From the NCBI GenBank assembly GCA_038087875.1, contig CM075991.1:10170001-10234000 (forward strand): a DNA stretch of 64,000 bases, read 5' to 3'. Position numbers and translations under genes: made by a program. The DNA is from Malacoraja senta. Taxonomy: Eukaryota. Below are positions 37,132-49,774 of this stretch, piece after piece (positions within the stretch are counted from its first letter, which is position 1; every line of letters starts with the position of its first letter). The notes under the pieces were generated by a model. That model saw only the letters and a program-made list of their open reading frames with translations, was not told the origin of the DNA and did not search any database.

Positions 37132-37790
37132 CACTAAGCATGCAGGTACAGCAGGCAGTGAAGAAAGCGAATGGCATGTTGGCCTTTATAAACAAGAGGA
37201 AGCGAATATAGGAGCAAAGAGGTCCTTCTGCAGTTGTACAGAGCCCTAATGAGACCACACCAGGAGTATTGTTTTGGTACCCTAATTTGAGGAAGGACAT
37301 TCTTGTTATTGAGGGAGTGCAGCGTAGGTTTACAAGGTTAATTCCCGGGATGGCTGGACTGTCATATGCTGAGAGAATGGAGCAGCTGGGCTTGTACATT
37401 GGGGGATATCTCATTGAAACATATAAGATTGTTAAGAGTTTGGACACGCTAGAGGCAGGAAACATGTTTCCGATATTGGGGAGTCCAGAACCAGGGCCAC
37501 AATTTAAAAATAAGGAGTAAGCCATTTAGAACGGAGACGAGGAAACACTTTTTTTCACAGGGAGTGGTGAGTCTGTGGAATTCTCTGCCTCAGAGGCCGG
37601 TGGAGGCAGGTTCTCGGGATGCTTTCAAGAGAGAGCTAGACAGGGCTCTTAAAAATAGCAGAGTCAGGGGATATGGGGAGAAGGCAGGAACGGGGTACTG
37701 ATTGGGGATGATCAGCCATGATCACATTGAATGGTGGTGCTGGCTCGAAGGGCCAAATGGCCTACTCCTGCACCTATTGTCTATTGTCTA
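37132..37790 (+). mobile_element. CR1 LINE 3' region with deletions
   Basis: QVQQAVKKANGMLAFI...FWYPNLRKDILVIEGVQRRFTRLIPGMAGLSYAERM...; (TATTGTC) tail. Confidence 0.9.
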
Positions 37791-37994
37791 TCTCTGGAGA
37801 ACTTCTGGTCGGGACCCTGTTCGGACTGTGGACCCACTTCAGTGAGTCTTGGAAGGAACTCATAATCACTTACTAGTTCCACCTATCGCTCACCAGCCTC
37901 TACCCTACCTCTCCTCCCCCCCTCACAACCACCACTCCCCCACCCACCCCCCCATCTCCATTCATCCCGACGTGCGTTGTTACGATTTCCGAGA

Positions 37995-38460
37995 ATGATT
38001 CCCAGGAACGGGTGGGTTAACACATGGTGAGCGTTTGACGGCTCTGGGCCTCGACTCGCTGGAGTTCAGAAGGATGAGGGGGGAACCTCATTGAAACTTA
38101 ACGAATAATGAAAGGCCTGGATTGAATGGACGTGGAGAGGATGTTTCCACCAGTGGGAGAATCTAGGACCAGAGGTCACAGCCTCAGAATTAAAAGGACA
38201 GTTCTTTAGGAAGGAGATGAGGAGGAATTTCTTTAGTCAGAGGGTGGTGAATCTGTTGAATTCATTGCCACAGAAGGCTGTGGAGGCCAAATCAATGGAC
38301 ATGTTTAAGGCAGCGATAGATAGATTCTTCATTAGTACAGGTGTCAGGGGTTATAGGGAGAAGGCAGAAGAATGGGGTTACGAGAGAAAGATAGATCAGC
38401 CATGATTGAATGGCGGAGTAGACTTGATGGGCCGAATGGCCTGATTCTTCTCCTGGAACT
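37995..38460 (+). mobile_element. CR1 LINE 3' end (third subfamily)
   Basis: MRRNFFSQRVVNLLNSLPQKAVEAKSMDMFKAAIDRF. Confidence 0.85.
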
Positions 38461-39573
38461 TCTGAACTCTCAATCTTGATCCAAGCCATCAATTGATAGC
38501 TTTTTTACCTCCACTATTGCTGATAGACCCACTGAGATCGTCCAGCACTCAGTCTCTTTGTTCTTCGAGATGTTGCTACTTTCTGGACAGATACATGCTA
38601 ACATAAAGTGTTTAAAATTAGAACACGATAGCAGGGCCTTGGTTGACCTCTTGTGTTCTGAATGAGAGGGGAAAATGCTTTATCTCTGGAAACCAAGCAG
38701 TTCTCCCCAGCTTCTCATAAACATTAATGCAATCCAATTTACCTTATACCTTGCTTCAAGAGGCATCAGCCCCAACAGCATGTACTTAGCAGTTATAAAA
38801 TTAAAGCTCCTGGCATGCAGCTATTTACATGGAAATAGGTCCCTTAGATTAAAAGCTCCTCGAAGGCAAGAAAAAGATTATTACTTGGAATCTCTGGACA
38901 AGTTATTCAGCGGGAGCCACCTGCGCTTGCCCAGAGATCGTCGGGGAGCGCAGGGGTCTGTCGGAGAGAGAGGGGGGTTGTCGGAGAGAGAGGGGGGGGC
39001 CCGCTGAGAACAAAGAGGGACCCAGTGGGGGAGGGAAGGGGGGCGCTGAGAATGAATGGGGGACCCGCCAGGGGAGGGCTGGAGGCTGTTGCCACATGCG
39101 GCGGCACCAGGCAGTAGCCAGGACTGTGTTTGGTGAACCTTTGTGACTTTGTCAACGCCAAAACCTGGCCTCACTTGTGAGCTGCCTCGGTGAGGCCCGC
39201 TGGTTCCGGAGCAAGCACGGTGAGCGGAAGGGCCTGTTTCCGTGCTGTATCTCTAAAATAAACTCCAAACCAGAACCAGGGTCCACAGTTTAAGACTAAG
39301 GGGTAAGCCATTTAGAATGGAGACGAGGAAACACTTTTTCTCACAGAGAGTGGTGAGTCTGTGGAATTCTCTGCCTCAGCCATGATCACATTAAATGGCG
39401 GTGCTGGCTCGAAGGGCCGAATGGCCTACTCCTGCACCTATTGTCTATTGTCTAAACTAATCCAGACCGTTGCTGCCTCCTTCCTCAATGACCCTCCTTG
39501 CCCCAGAAGGGTAAGAGTAGGCCAACGTTCGGCACTGATGGCACGATGTTTATTTACATCAGTCTATCTTCGA

Positions 39574-39685
39574 CAAGTGAAGCAGTCTACGCCTGCACGC
39601 AGCCATGCCCAAGTGAAGCCGTCTACGCCTGCACGCAGTCATGCCCAAGTGAAGCAGTCTACGCCTGCACGCAGCCATGCCCAAG
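39574..39685. repeat. Tandem repeat, 3 x 36 bp (CAAGTGAAGCAGTCTACGCCTGCACGCAGCCATGCC)
   Basis: Units start at 39574, 39610 and 39646. Confidence 0.95.
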
Positions 39686-39756
39686 AATGCATTCAGATCC
39701 CTTGCAGGTTACACAGTCTCAAGAACGAATTCGTCAATGACTACCACGATAATTGG

Positions 39757-40047
39757 CGGTTACGGTGGCGCAGCGGCAGAGTTGCTGCCCTACAGCGAAT
39801 GCTGCGCCGGAGACCCGGGTTCAATCCCGACTGGGGGTGCTGTCTGTACGGAGTTTGTACATTCTCCCCGTGACCTGCGTGGGTTTTCTCCGAGATCTTA
39901 GGCTTCCATCACACTCCAAAGACATACAGGTTTGTAGCTTAATTGGCTTGGTAAATGTAAAATTGTCCTTAGTGGGTGTAGGATAGTGTTAATGGTCGGC
40001 GCGGACCCGGTGGTCCGAAGGGCCTGTTTCCGCGCTGTATCTCTAAA
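39757..40047 (+). mobile_element. tRNA-derived SINE
   Basis: Consensus match. Confidence 0.85.
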
Positions 40048-40051
40048 CAAT

Positions 40052-40730
40052 TAGACAAAACATGCTGGAGTAACACAGCAGGTCAGCCAGCATCGCTGGA
40101 GAACTTGGGTTGGTGATCTGGTTGAGAGGCAGAGAGGTTGAACAAAGGCCAGAGATAAAAGCAGAAGGTATGAGATGGAAGGATTGAAGAGTTGAAAATT
40201 GTGAAGGACATTCCAGAGGAAGGAATGTCGGGAAGAAATAGGTGTGTCCAGGAGGGGCTCATGGGCAGGAGAGAAAACTGGGGCAAGGGGGGAGGTGATT
40301 GAGGTTACCTAAGAGTGGAGAATTCAACCCGTTGGGTTGTAAGCTAACCAAGTGGACTATTTGGTGTTGTTTGCATAGATAATTTGGCAATGGAGGAGAC
40401 CCAGGACAGAAAACTCAGGAAGGGAATGGGAAGGAGAGTTTAAATGGTTGGAAAGCGAAAGTTCCATTTGGCCTTCCTGGACCAAGCCCAAGTGTTCAGC
40501 CAAAAGGTTGCCAAGTCTATGCTTGGTCTCGCCGATGTACAGGAAACCATTGGGAACACCGGATGCAGCAGATGAGGTTAGAGGAGGTGCACGTGAACTT
40601 CTGACTCACCTGGAAGGAACGCTGTGGTCCCTGGATGGAAGCGAGGGAGGAGGTATTACACCTCCTGTGGTTGCCTGGGGAGGGGGGTGGTTTGGGTGGG
40701 AAGGGCTGAGTGAACCAAGGAGTACTCAGG
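40052..40730 (-). mobile_element. Degenerate Penelope-like element: GIY-YIG endonuclease remnant plus 3' end
   Basis: Minus-strand translation SIQGPQRSFQVSQKFTCTSSNLICCIRCSQ/(frameshift)/LYIGETKHRLGNLLAEHL matches the PLE GIY-YIG pattern (NxIYxIxCxxC..YIGET..RL..EH). Pseudo-LTR sequence follows at 40052-40105. Confidence 0.8.
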
Positions 40731-41469
40731 CAGAGTTAGACTGATTCTTGATCAGTTCGGGTGTCAGGGGTTATGGGGGGAAGGGGGTGGGTTCAGCCAT
40801 GATTGAATGGCGGAGTAGACTTGTGGGGCCAAATGTCCTAATTCGGCTCCTATCACATAGAATCATAGAAAATAGGTGCAGGAGGAGGCCATTCGGCCCT
40901 TCGAGCCAGCACCGCCATTCATTGTGATCATGGCTGATCGCCCCCTATCAATAACCCGTGCCTGCCTTCTCCCCATATCCCTTGATTCCCTAGAGCTCTA
41001 TCTAACTCTCTCTTAAATCCATCCAGTGGCCTCCACTGCCCTCTGTGGCAGGGAATTTATGAGTTGCGGAGGGAGTGGTCTCTGTGAAATTCTCTTCTCC
41101 ACACACAACTGTGCAGGTTCATTGATCAAATTCAAAGCTTCAAGTTGATCAATGTCTTGATGTTAGAGAAAAGACAAAAGTAATAAGCGGGTAGTGCAGG
41201 TACATAGTTGAAGTTCAGCCACGATCTTGTTACAGGTGGAGTTGTCTCCAATGGCGTACTCCTGCTTCTGATACTGACCATTCCTGCTAATTACCATCCG
41301 GCAAGGAGACATTGGGCTGGCGAACTTCCTCCTGTTCTGCAAGTTCATGAAATGCAATGAGTGAACTAATTTAATTTTCTGAAGTTAATAAAGGCAGTTA
41401 AATCGCCTACATTAACTGTATTAAATCAAGGTCTGGTAGTGTTAGTCACTGGGTATTTTCACCATTATA

Positions 41470-41782
41470 GGGCGGCACGGTGGCGCAGCGGTAGAGTTGC
41501 TGCCTCACAGCGCCAGAACCCCGGGTCCTGGGTTCGATCCTGGTTATGGGTGCTGTCAGTGCAGGGTTGGTACGTTCTCCCCGTGGGTTTTCTCCGAGAT
41601 CTTCGCTCTCCTCCCGCACTCCAAAGACGTACAGGTTTGTAGGTTAATTGGCTTGGTGTAAATGTAAAGTGTCCCCAGAGTGTGTGGGATGGTGTTCGTG
41701 TGCGGCGATCGCGGGTCGACACGGACTCGGTGGGCCGAAGGGCCTGTTTCCGCGCTGTATCTCTAAAACTAAGACTAAACCT
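41470..41782 (+). mobile_element. tRNA-derived SINE
   Basis: A and B boxes, and tail. Confidence 0.88.
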
Positions 41783-42136
41783 AAAAGTGGAATATAATGT
41801 TCTGAAGTTAATAAAGGCAGTATTGATTGTATTAAATCGAGGTCTCGTCGGGTCAGTCGCGAGGCATTCTCAACAGTTCAGTGACCTTCCTCCCACAAGT
41901 CAGATTCCCCCTCAATAACCATTGATGTAGAAGTGAGAACCTTCCCTGTTGCCACAGTTACTGGAACGTATTAATCCAATCTAGCTCCCCTCATTCGTGG
42001 CTCATAATTCATACAGCAAATTCAATCATTAAGAAACTAATTTCACTGCACTACTTAATAAAGCAGTGAACATGATCATTAGGTGCTCCTCCAATCCCTG
42101 CTACATTGCTACTAGTGAGGATAAAACCTCTACGAT

Positions 42137-42666
42137 TTTTGAGGAAAGACATTCTTGCCACAGAGGGAGTACAGAGAAGGTTCACCAGACTGATTCCTGG
42201 GTTGGCAGGGACTTTCATATGAAGAAAGACTGGATAGACTCGGCTTGTACTCGCTAGAATTTAGAAGATTGAGGGGGGATCTTATAGAAACGTACAAGAT
42301 TCTTAAGGGGTTGGACAGGCTAGATGCAGGAAGATTGTTCCCTGATGTTGGGGAAGTCCAGAACAAGGGGTCACAGTTTAAGGATAAGGGGGAAGTCTTT
42401 TAGGACCGAGATGAGAAAAACATTTTTCACATAGAGAGTGGTGAATCTGTGGAATTCTCTGCCACAGAAGGTAGTTGAGGCCAGTTCATTGGCTATATTT
42501 AAGAGGGAGTTAGATGTGGCCCTTGTGGCTAAAGGGATCAGGGGGTATGGAGAGAAGGCAGGTACAGGATACTGAGTTGGATGATCAGCCATGATCATAT
42601 TGAATGGCGGTGCTGGCTCGAAGGGCCGAATGGCCTACTCCTGCACCTATTTTCTATGTTTCTATG
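42137..42666 (+). mobile_element. CR1 LINE 3' end, (TTTCTATG) subfamily
   Basis: Near-identical to 13204-13752 and 61687-62328. Confidence 0.92.
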
Positions 42667-42977
42667 ATTTTTGTTTTAGACATTCACGTTCCCCCGACTT
42701 ACATTTGGGAATACTTAACGAAGAATTGTTTTGACCACTATGGTGTGAAGAAGCACAAATAACAATATGTTTTCCAAGGTTTGCACAATCCAAAAATAGC
42801 TGCTATAGTCATCAGATATTTATTTTAATTTTCTTCGTAGAAGGCGCATGTTTCCACAGTGGCCCAGTTTCACTGCAAGCAATCTTTTGCAAGCAATGAT
42901 CAACATTGTGTTGTGTAAGGAGGGTCTCCACCCGAAACGTCACCCATTCCTTTTCTCCAGAGATGCTCGCTGACCCA

Positions 42978-43557
42978 GAGGCGCTGGTCAGGCCGCCTGT
43001 GGAATATCGTGAGCAATTTTGGGCACCATATCCGAGGAAGGATGTGCTGCCTCTGGAGAGGGTCCAGAGGAGGTTTACAAGAATGATCCCAGGAAGAAGT
43101 AGGTTAACCTATGGTGAGGGTTTGACGGCACTGGGCCTGTGCTCGCTGGAGTTGAGAAGAATGAAGGGGACCTCATTGAAACATACAGAATAGTGAAAGG
43201 CTTGGATAGAGTGGATGCGGAGAGAATGTTTCCACTAGTGGGAGAGTCTAGGACTAGAGGGTCATAGCCTCGGAATTAAAGAACGTTATTTTAGGAAGGA
43301 GATGAGGAGCAATTTCTTTAGTCAGAGGGTGGTGAATCTGTGGAATTCTTTGCCACAGAAGGCTGTGGAGGCCAAGTCAGTGGATACATTTAAGTCAGAG
43401 ATAGATAGATTCTTGATTAGTGCAGGTGTCAGAGGTTATGGGGAGAAGGCAGGAGAATGGGGTTAGGAGGGAGAGATAGATCAGCCATGATAGGATAGCA
43501 GAGTAGACTTGATGGGCCGACTGGCCTAATTGTGCTCCGAACACTTATGATCTTATG
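42978..43557 (+). mobile_element. CR1 LINE 3' end (third subfamily)
   Basis: ALVRPPVEYREQFWAPYPRKDVLPLERVQRRFTRMIPG. Confidence 0.9.
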
Positions 43558-43837
43558 ACATTACTGTATGAACCACTGTGTTACTCCAGCATTTTGTGTC
43601 TATCTTGCATTAAGTGAATGTTGTATTTGGCCATTGTAGCGATGTTCATATTGGATTTAGAACACTTGGTGGCACATTGGCACAGCGGTAGGCTTTAGCA
43701 TAGATTAGCATAGGTTAGCATAGATTAGCATAGATTGGTTTATTATTGTCACATGTACCAGGGTGCAGTGAAAAGCTTTTTTATTCGCATGCTGTCCGCT
43801 CAGTGGAAATACTTAAACATGATTACAATCAAGCCGT

Positions 43838-44192
43838 CTTGGACACGCTAGAGGCAGGAAACATGTTCCTGATGTTGGGGGGGGAGTCCAGAACCAGGGG
43901 CCACAGTTTAAGAATAAGGAGTAAGCCATTTAGAACGGAGACGAGGAAACACTTTTTCTCACAGAGAGTGGTGAGTCTGTGGAATTCTCTGCCTCAGAGG
44001 GCGGTGGAGGCCGGTTCTCTGGATGCTTTCAAGAGAGAGCTGGATAGGGCTCTTAAAAATAGCGGAGTCAGGGGATATGGGGAGAAGGCAGGAACGGGGT
44101 ACTGATTGGGGATGATCAGCCATGATCACATTGAATGGCGGTGCTGGCTCAAAGGGCCGAATGGCCTACTCCTGCACCTATTGTCTATTGTC
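43838..44192 (+). mobile_element. CR1 LINE 3' end nested in an inverted Rex-type tail
   Basis: C-terminal part of ORF 43746..44105; (TATTGTC) tail. Confidence 0.9.
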
Positions 44193-45732
44193 TTCAGTGT
44201 ACGGATACAGGATAAAGGGAATAACGTTTGGCGCAAGATGAAGTCCAGTAACGTCCGATTAAGTGTTGTCCAAAGGTCTCCAATGAGGTAGTTGGTAGGT
44301 CAAGACCGCTCATGAGTTGGTGATAGGATGGTTCACTTGCCTGATAACAGCTGGGAAGAAACAGTCCCTGAATCGGGACAGAATCCGGTTGCTGCCTCGC
44401 AGCGGCAGAGATCCCGGTTCCATCCAGACTCCGGGCCCGTGCGGAATTTGTACGTTCTCCCTGTGACTGCGTGGGTTTTCTTCGGGTGCTCCGGTTCCCT
44501 CCCACACGGTCACAGGGAGAACGTACAAACTCTGTGCAGTCAGCACCCAAGGTCAGGATTAGTAGCTTAACCTATGATGAGGTTTTGACGGCACTGGGCC
44601 TGTGCTCGCTGGAGTTGAGAAGAATGAAGGGGACCTCGTTGAAACGTACAGAATAGTGAAAGGCCTGGATAGAGTGGATGTGGAGAGGATGTTTCCACTA
44701 ATGGAAGAGTCTAGGACTAGAGGGTTATAGCCTCGGAATTAAAGGACGTTCTTTCAGGATCGAACCCGGGACTCTGGCGCTGGGAGGCCGCAACCTCTAC
44801 CGCTGCGCCACCCGCCAACGCCGTTGTGAACCCGTGGCAATGCAGCGTGCACACGCATGTTGCATGTGGCCACTATTTGTTTGCTGTTACTATGCCAGGC
44901 CAATAGGTGTCTCTCTCAGGCTGTTTCCATGCACTTGCCAATTCATTCCTGCCTCGATACTTCTGAGCTGCGTCTCGAATTGATCAATGGTTTCAGAGAT
45001 GATGCTAAGTCAACCCTCCCATTTGGCAAGGAAATAAACAGTGTAAACCATCCCATGGTCCACATGACCTGAATGGAAATGCAAAGCACTTTGTAGTCTA
45101 ACGTAATAGTCTGATGCGACAAGAGTCAACGTGTTAGGTAGACAAAAATGCTGGAGAAACTTAGCGGGTGAGGCAGCATCTATGGAGCGAAGGAATAGGT
45201 GACGTTTTGGGTCGAGACCCTTCTTCAGACTGATGTGGGGGTGGAGGGGGGAGGGAAGAAGAAAGGAAGAAAGGAAGAGGCGGAGACAGTGGGCTGTGGG
45301 AGAGTCATTGTCTTGATCAGTAACGTTGTCAGGAGTTATGGGGCAAAGGCGGGAGAATGGGACTGGGAGGGAAAGATGAATGAATGGCGGAGTAGGCTTG
45401 ATGGGCCGAATGGCCAAATTCTGCTCCTAGAACATATCGAACTAAAACTAACAAAATGGCCTCTTTTGAGAGAACTGTGGCAACAGACTGGTTCCACCAA
45501 GATGCAGGACAGAACGCCACAGGAGATCCTTCTTCCCTGTGGCTATCAAACTGTACAACTACTCCCCCTTCTGTCGTGGGGTAGACTGACTTACCCCCCC
45601 CCCCCCCCCCCAATCTTTGAACATCCCCAATCCTTTCCACCCATCACTTTAATTTCATGTTGCAAGTATTTTGTATTTCATGACTGTAGGCAATTTCCCT
45701 CCTGGGATGAATAATGTTATATCATATCATAT

Positions 45733-46061
45733 AGTTTAGTTTAGTTTATTTAGTTTAGAGATACAGCGTGGAAACAGGCCCTTCGGCCCACCGGGTCCGT
45801 GCCGACCAGCGATCCCCGCACATTAACACCATCCTACACACACTAGGGACATTTTTTTACATTTACCAAGCCAATTAACCTACAAACCTGTACTGTACGT
45901 CTTTGGAGTGTGGGAGGAAACCGAAGATCTCGGAGAAAACCCACGCGGGTCACGGGGAGAATGTACAAACTCCGTACAGACAGCACCCGTAGTCGGGATC
46001 GAACCCGGGTCCCTGGCGCTGCATTCGCTGTAAAGCAGCAACTCTACCGCTGCCCCACCGT
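45733..46061 (-). mobile_element. tRNA-derived SINE (young copy)
   Basis: Intact A and B boxes; (CTAAA)n tail. Confidence 0.9.
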
Positions 46062-46095
46062 GAGTATAGTCTGATGCCACAATAGTCAATGTCTT

Positions 46096-46692
46096 GTCAA
46101 GTCAAGTCAAGTCACATTTATTTATATAGCACATTTGAAAAACAACTCTCGTTGGCCAAAGTGCTTTACATTTGTTATAAGAATAGCACAACAAAACAAA
46201 CTACATACATATATACATGTAGCCCTCACTCAGAGGACGTCAGGAAAGGCTTGGGAGTATAGATACGTTTTTAGTCTTGACTTAAAAGAGTCGATGGTGG
46301 GGGCAGTTCTGATGGGAAAGGGGATGCTGTTCCACAGTCTAGGGGCTGCAACCGCAAAGGCCCGGTCGCCCCTGAGCTTATGCCTAGACCGTGGGATATT
46401 CAGCAACCCCAAGTCGGACGATGTGAGGGGCCTGGAGGTGGAGTGGTGGGTGAGAAGACTCTTTATGTAGGTGGGGGCAAGCCCATTGAGGGCTTTGTAG
46501 ACATGGAGGAGGATCTTGAAGTTTATACGGAACCGCACAGGGAGCCAGTGGAGAGAGGCCAGGATCAGGGTGATGTGGTCCCTTTATCGGGTGCCCGTCA
46601 GGAGTCTCGCTGCAGCGTTTTGGACCAGTTGCAGGTGGGACAGGGAAGATTGGCTGATGCCAGTGTAAAGGGAGTTGCAGTAATCTAGGCGG
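46096..46692 (-). mobile_element. L2-clade LINE, 5'-truncated 3' end
   Basis: RLDYCNSLYTGI...LQLVQNAAARLLTG...HITLILASLHWLPVRFRINFKILLHVYKALNGLAPTYI...GDRAFAVAAPRLWNSIP...FKSRLKTYLY. (TTGAC)n tail. Confidence 0.9.
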
Positions 46693-47492
46693 ATGTGTGG
46701 ATGATCTGGTTAGTGGTCCTGATTAGTGACGTTGTCCGAAGTTATGGGGAAAAGGCAGGAGAATGGGTTTGAGAGGGAAAGATGATTGAAAAGAATAGGT
46801 GACGTTTTGGCTCAGAACCCTTCTTCGGATTCTGGTTCCGACCCGAAACGTCACCTATTCCTTTTCTCCAGAGATGTTGCCTGACTCACTGACTTCAGCT
46901 TTTTGTGTCTCTCTTGCGGGCATTTTGTCATTTGGATTAAAAGCACAGCTAAGTAGAAATGGCTGTGACTTATTTAAATGAAATTGTTGAATCCCAAACT
47001 CCCACGTATTGTCCAGACTACCCTGCTGTTTGTCTCAGCAAGTTAATTGGGCAGTCTGATGTTAGTGAGCTGAAGGGCTCCATGTTTCAATGCTGATGCG
47101 CTTTAATCCTTTATAAACAAAAGAAAATCCTGCTTGATAGAGATTCCATTTTATTCTTGGCTGCTCCATTGTCCGTCCAACCTCAGACCTCCCCCAACCA
47201 GTCAATGGTAACAGAACATGATGTCTGAACGTGTTGGAAGGAACTGCAGATGCTGGTTTACACCGAATAGCCACAAAAGACTGGAGTAACTCAGCAGGAC
47301 TCTGCCTCAGAGGGCGGTGGAGGCAGGTTCTCTGGATGCTTTCAAGAGAGAGCTAGATAGGGCTCTTAAAAATAGCGGAGTCAGGGGATATGGGGAGAAG
47401 GCAGGAACGGGGTACTGATTGGGGACGATCAGCCATGATCACATTGAATGGCGGTGCTGGCACGAAGGGCCGAATGGCCTACTCCTGCACCT

Positions 47493-47745
47493 GTGTTTAA
47501 GAAGGAACTGCAGATGCTGGAAAATCGAAGGTATACAAAAAAGCTGGAGAAACTCAGCGGGTGCAGCAGCATCTATGGAGTGAAGGAAATAGGCAACGTT
47601 TCGGGCCGAAACCCTTTCGGGTTTCGGGCCGAAACGTTGCCTATTTCCTTCAGTCTGAAGAAGGGTTTCGGCCTTAAACGTTGCCTATTTCCTTCGCTCC
47701 ATAGATGCTGCTGCACCCGCTGAGTTTCTCCAGCTTTTTTGTGTA
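47493..47745. mobile_element. Multiply folded Penelope pseudo-LTR module inserted into a CR1 tail (47300-47776) with a 15-bp TSD
   Basis: TSD CCTACTCCTGCACCT at 47478-47492 and 47746-47760. Confidence 0.8.
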
Positions 47746-48740
47746 CCTACTCCTGCACCTATTGTCTATTGTCTATTGGGACATGGAGCATCTCTAGAGA
47801 GAAGGGATGGGTGAAGTTTTGCGTCGAGACCCTTCTTCAGACTCGGGGGGGGGGGGGGGGGTAAAGGGAAACGATAGATATAGATGGTGATGTAGAGAGA
47901 TATAGAGCAAATGAATGAAAGAATGCAGGAAAGAACTGCATATGCTGGTTTAAATCGAAGGTAGACACAAAATGCTGGAGTAACTCAGCGGGACAGGCAG
48001 CATCTCTGGAGTGAAGGAATGGATCACAAATGAATGAAAGATATGCAAAAATGTAACGTGATGAAAGGGAACTGGCCATTGTTCGCAGAGGCCTAGGTGA
48101 AAATGAGTTACAGACAATGAGACTCAACAAGACGGCTTTGAAGCTGGTACAATAACTTGGGTGGGGAAGGGACGGAGAGAGAGGGGTTGCAAGGGTTACT
48201 TGAGGTTAAAGAAATCCACAGGCTAGCCGGGACGAGGTCATCACACGCTTTCATCAAGTCTGAATGCCCAGACGCCACATGCTGCTTGTAGAGCTGCTCG
48301 ATTAGCATTCGCCGTAGAGAAGCCTGCAGTAACTCTGCCATAATCATTAATCTCTCCAAGAGCCAGCCCTGGTGCAGGAAGCAATGTCTGTCATCGACAC
48401 CAGCTCGCAGATAAACATTAAGCAGGCCTGCCAGCCTGGATGGCATTGACACCGACACATTCTAACACACGCTGCCTTTCACTTTCTTAACCCTCTTCCT
48501 CAGGCCCCGACCCGAAACGTCACCTATCGATGTTGAGTCTAAAGAAGGTGTCCCAACTCAAAATATTACCTATCAACATTGAGTCTAGATAGATAGGTCT
48601 CTTAAAGATCAGGGGATATGGGGAGAAGGCAGGAATGGGGAACATCAGCCAAGATCACGTTAAATGGCGGTGCTGGCTCGAAGGGCCAAATAGCCTACTC
48701 CTGCACCTATTGTCTATTGACTATTGAGTCTAATGATGGA

Positions 48741-49028
48741 TGGCACGCTGGCGCAGCGGTAGAGTTGCTGCTTTACAGCGCTTGCAGTGCCTGAGACCCG
48801 GGTTCGATCCCGACTACGGGGGGGTGTACGTTCTCCCCCTCCAAGATCTTCGGTTTACTCCCACACACAAAAGACGTACAGGTATGTAGGTTAATTGGCT
48901 TGGTAAATGTAAAAATTATCACTAATGTGTGTGTGTGTGTCGGACAGCATTAATATGCGGGGATCGCTGTTCCGCGTGGACCTGGTGGGCCGAAAGGGCC
49001 AGTTCCCACGCTGTATCTCTAAAACTAA
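48741..49028 (+). mobile_element. tRNA-derived SINE with internal deletions
   Basis: Consensus match. Confidence 0.8.
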
Positions 49029-49774
49029 AAGGGTGCCAACCTGAAATGTCACCTATCAATGCTGAGTCTGGAGACGGGTCCAGACCCAAACTCTCTTCCC
49101 CTATCTCTCTCACTTTTATCCGGTTGACCCTAAAGTCCATTTCCACCAATTGGTTCAACCAGTGCGGGCAATATCCAAGTCCCCACCACACAAATGTTTC
49201 TCCTGGACTGCCAACTGGAATCCACAATAAGGGCGGCACGGTGGCGCAGCGGTAGAGTAGCTGCCTTGCAGCGCCAGAGACCCGGGGTCGAGAAAGCGCA
49301 GCCCCCCCGGAGAAAGCCCACTGAAGGACTGTAATATTTTCCTGGTTGTGATGTAGCATTCTGGAATGGAATCAATTGGTTCATTCATACTGAATATCTG
49401 AGAGCTAAAGTTGAATCATGGCGCTGGATGGTTTACTAAGAATGTGTAACAGCGTGGAATCTAATTATAAGGATCAGATGGTGTATGTGTAGATTTCAAA
49501 TAGTCGCAGAGTAACAGTTTGACAAGTTTAATTCATGAAACAATCGTTGCAAAAAGGAGCGATCCATAGCTCTCTCTCTCTCTCTGTGTGAAATTCAAGG
49601 TAACTTTTGGTGCGTGTGTATGGGTGTCCATCAACAATACCTGAGTTAGGAAGTTATCAGCTCCACTTTAATGGGTCTTTTCCCTTTTTGGTTCATTAAT
49701 AAAAGAGACTGACAGAACCGACATGGCCAAAAAGATTAACAAATGATTGCGCTCATATGATGGTCTCCAATGAT

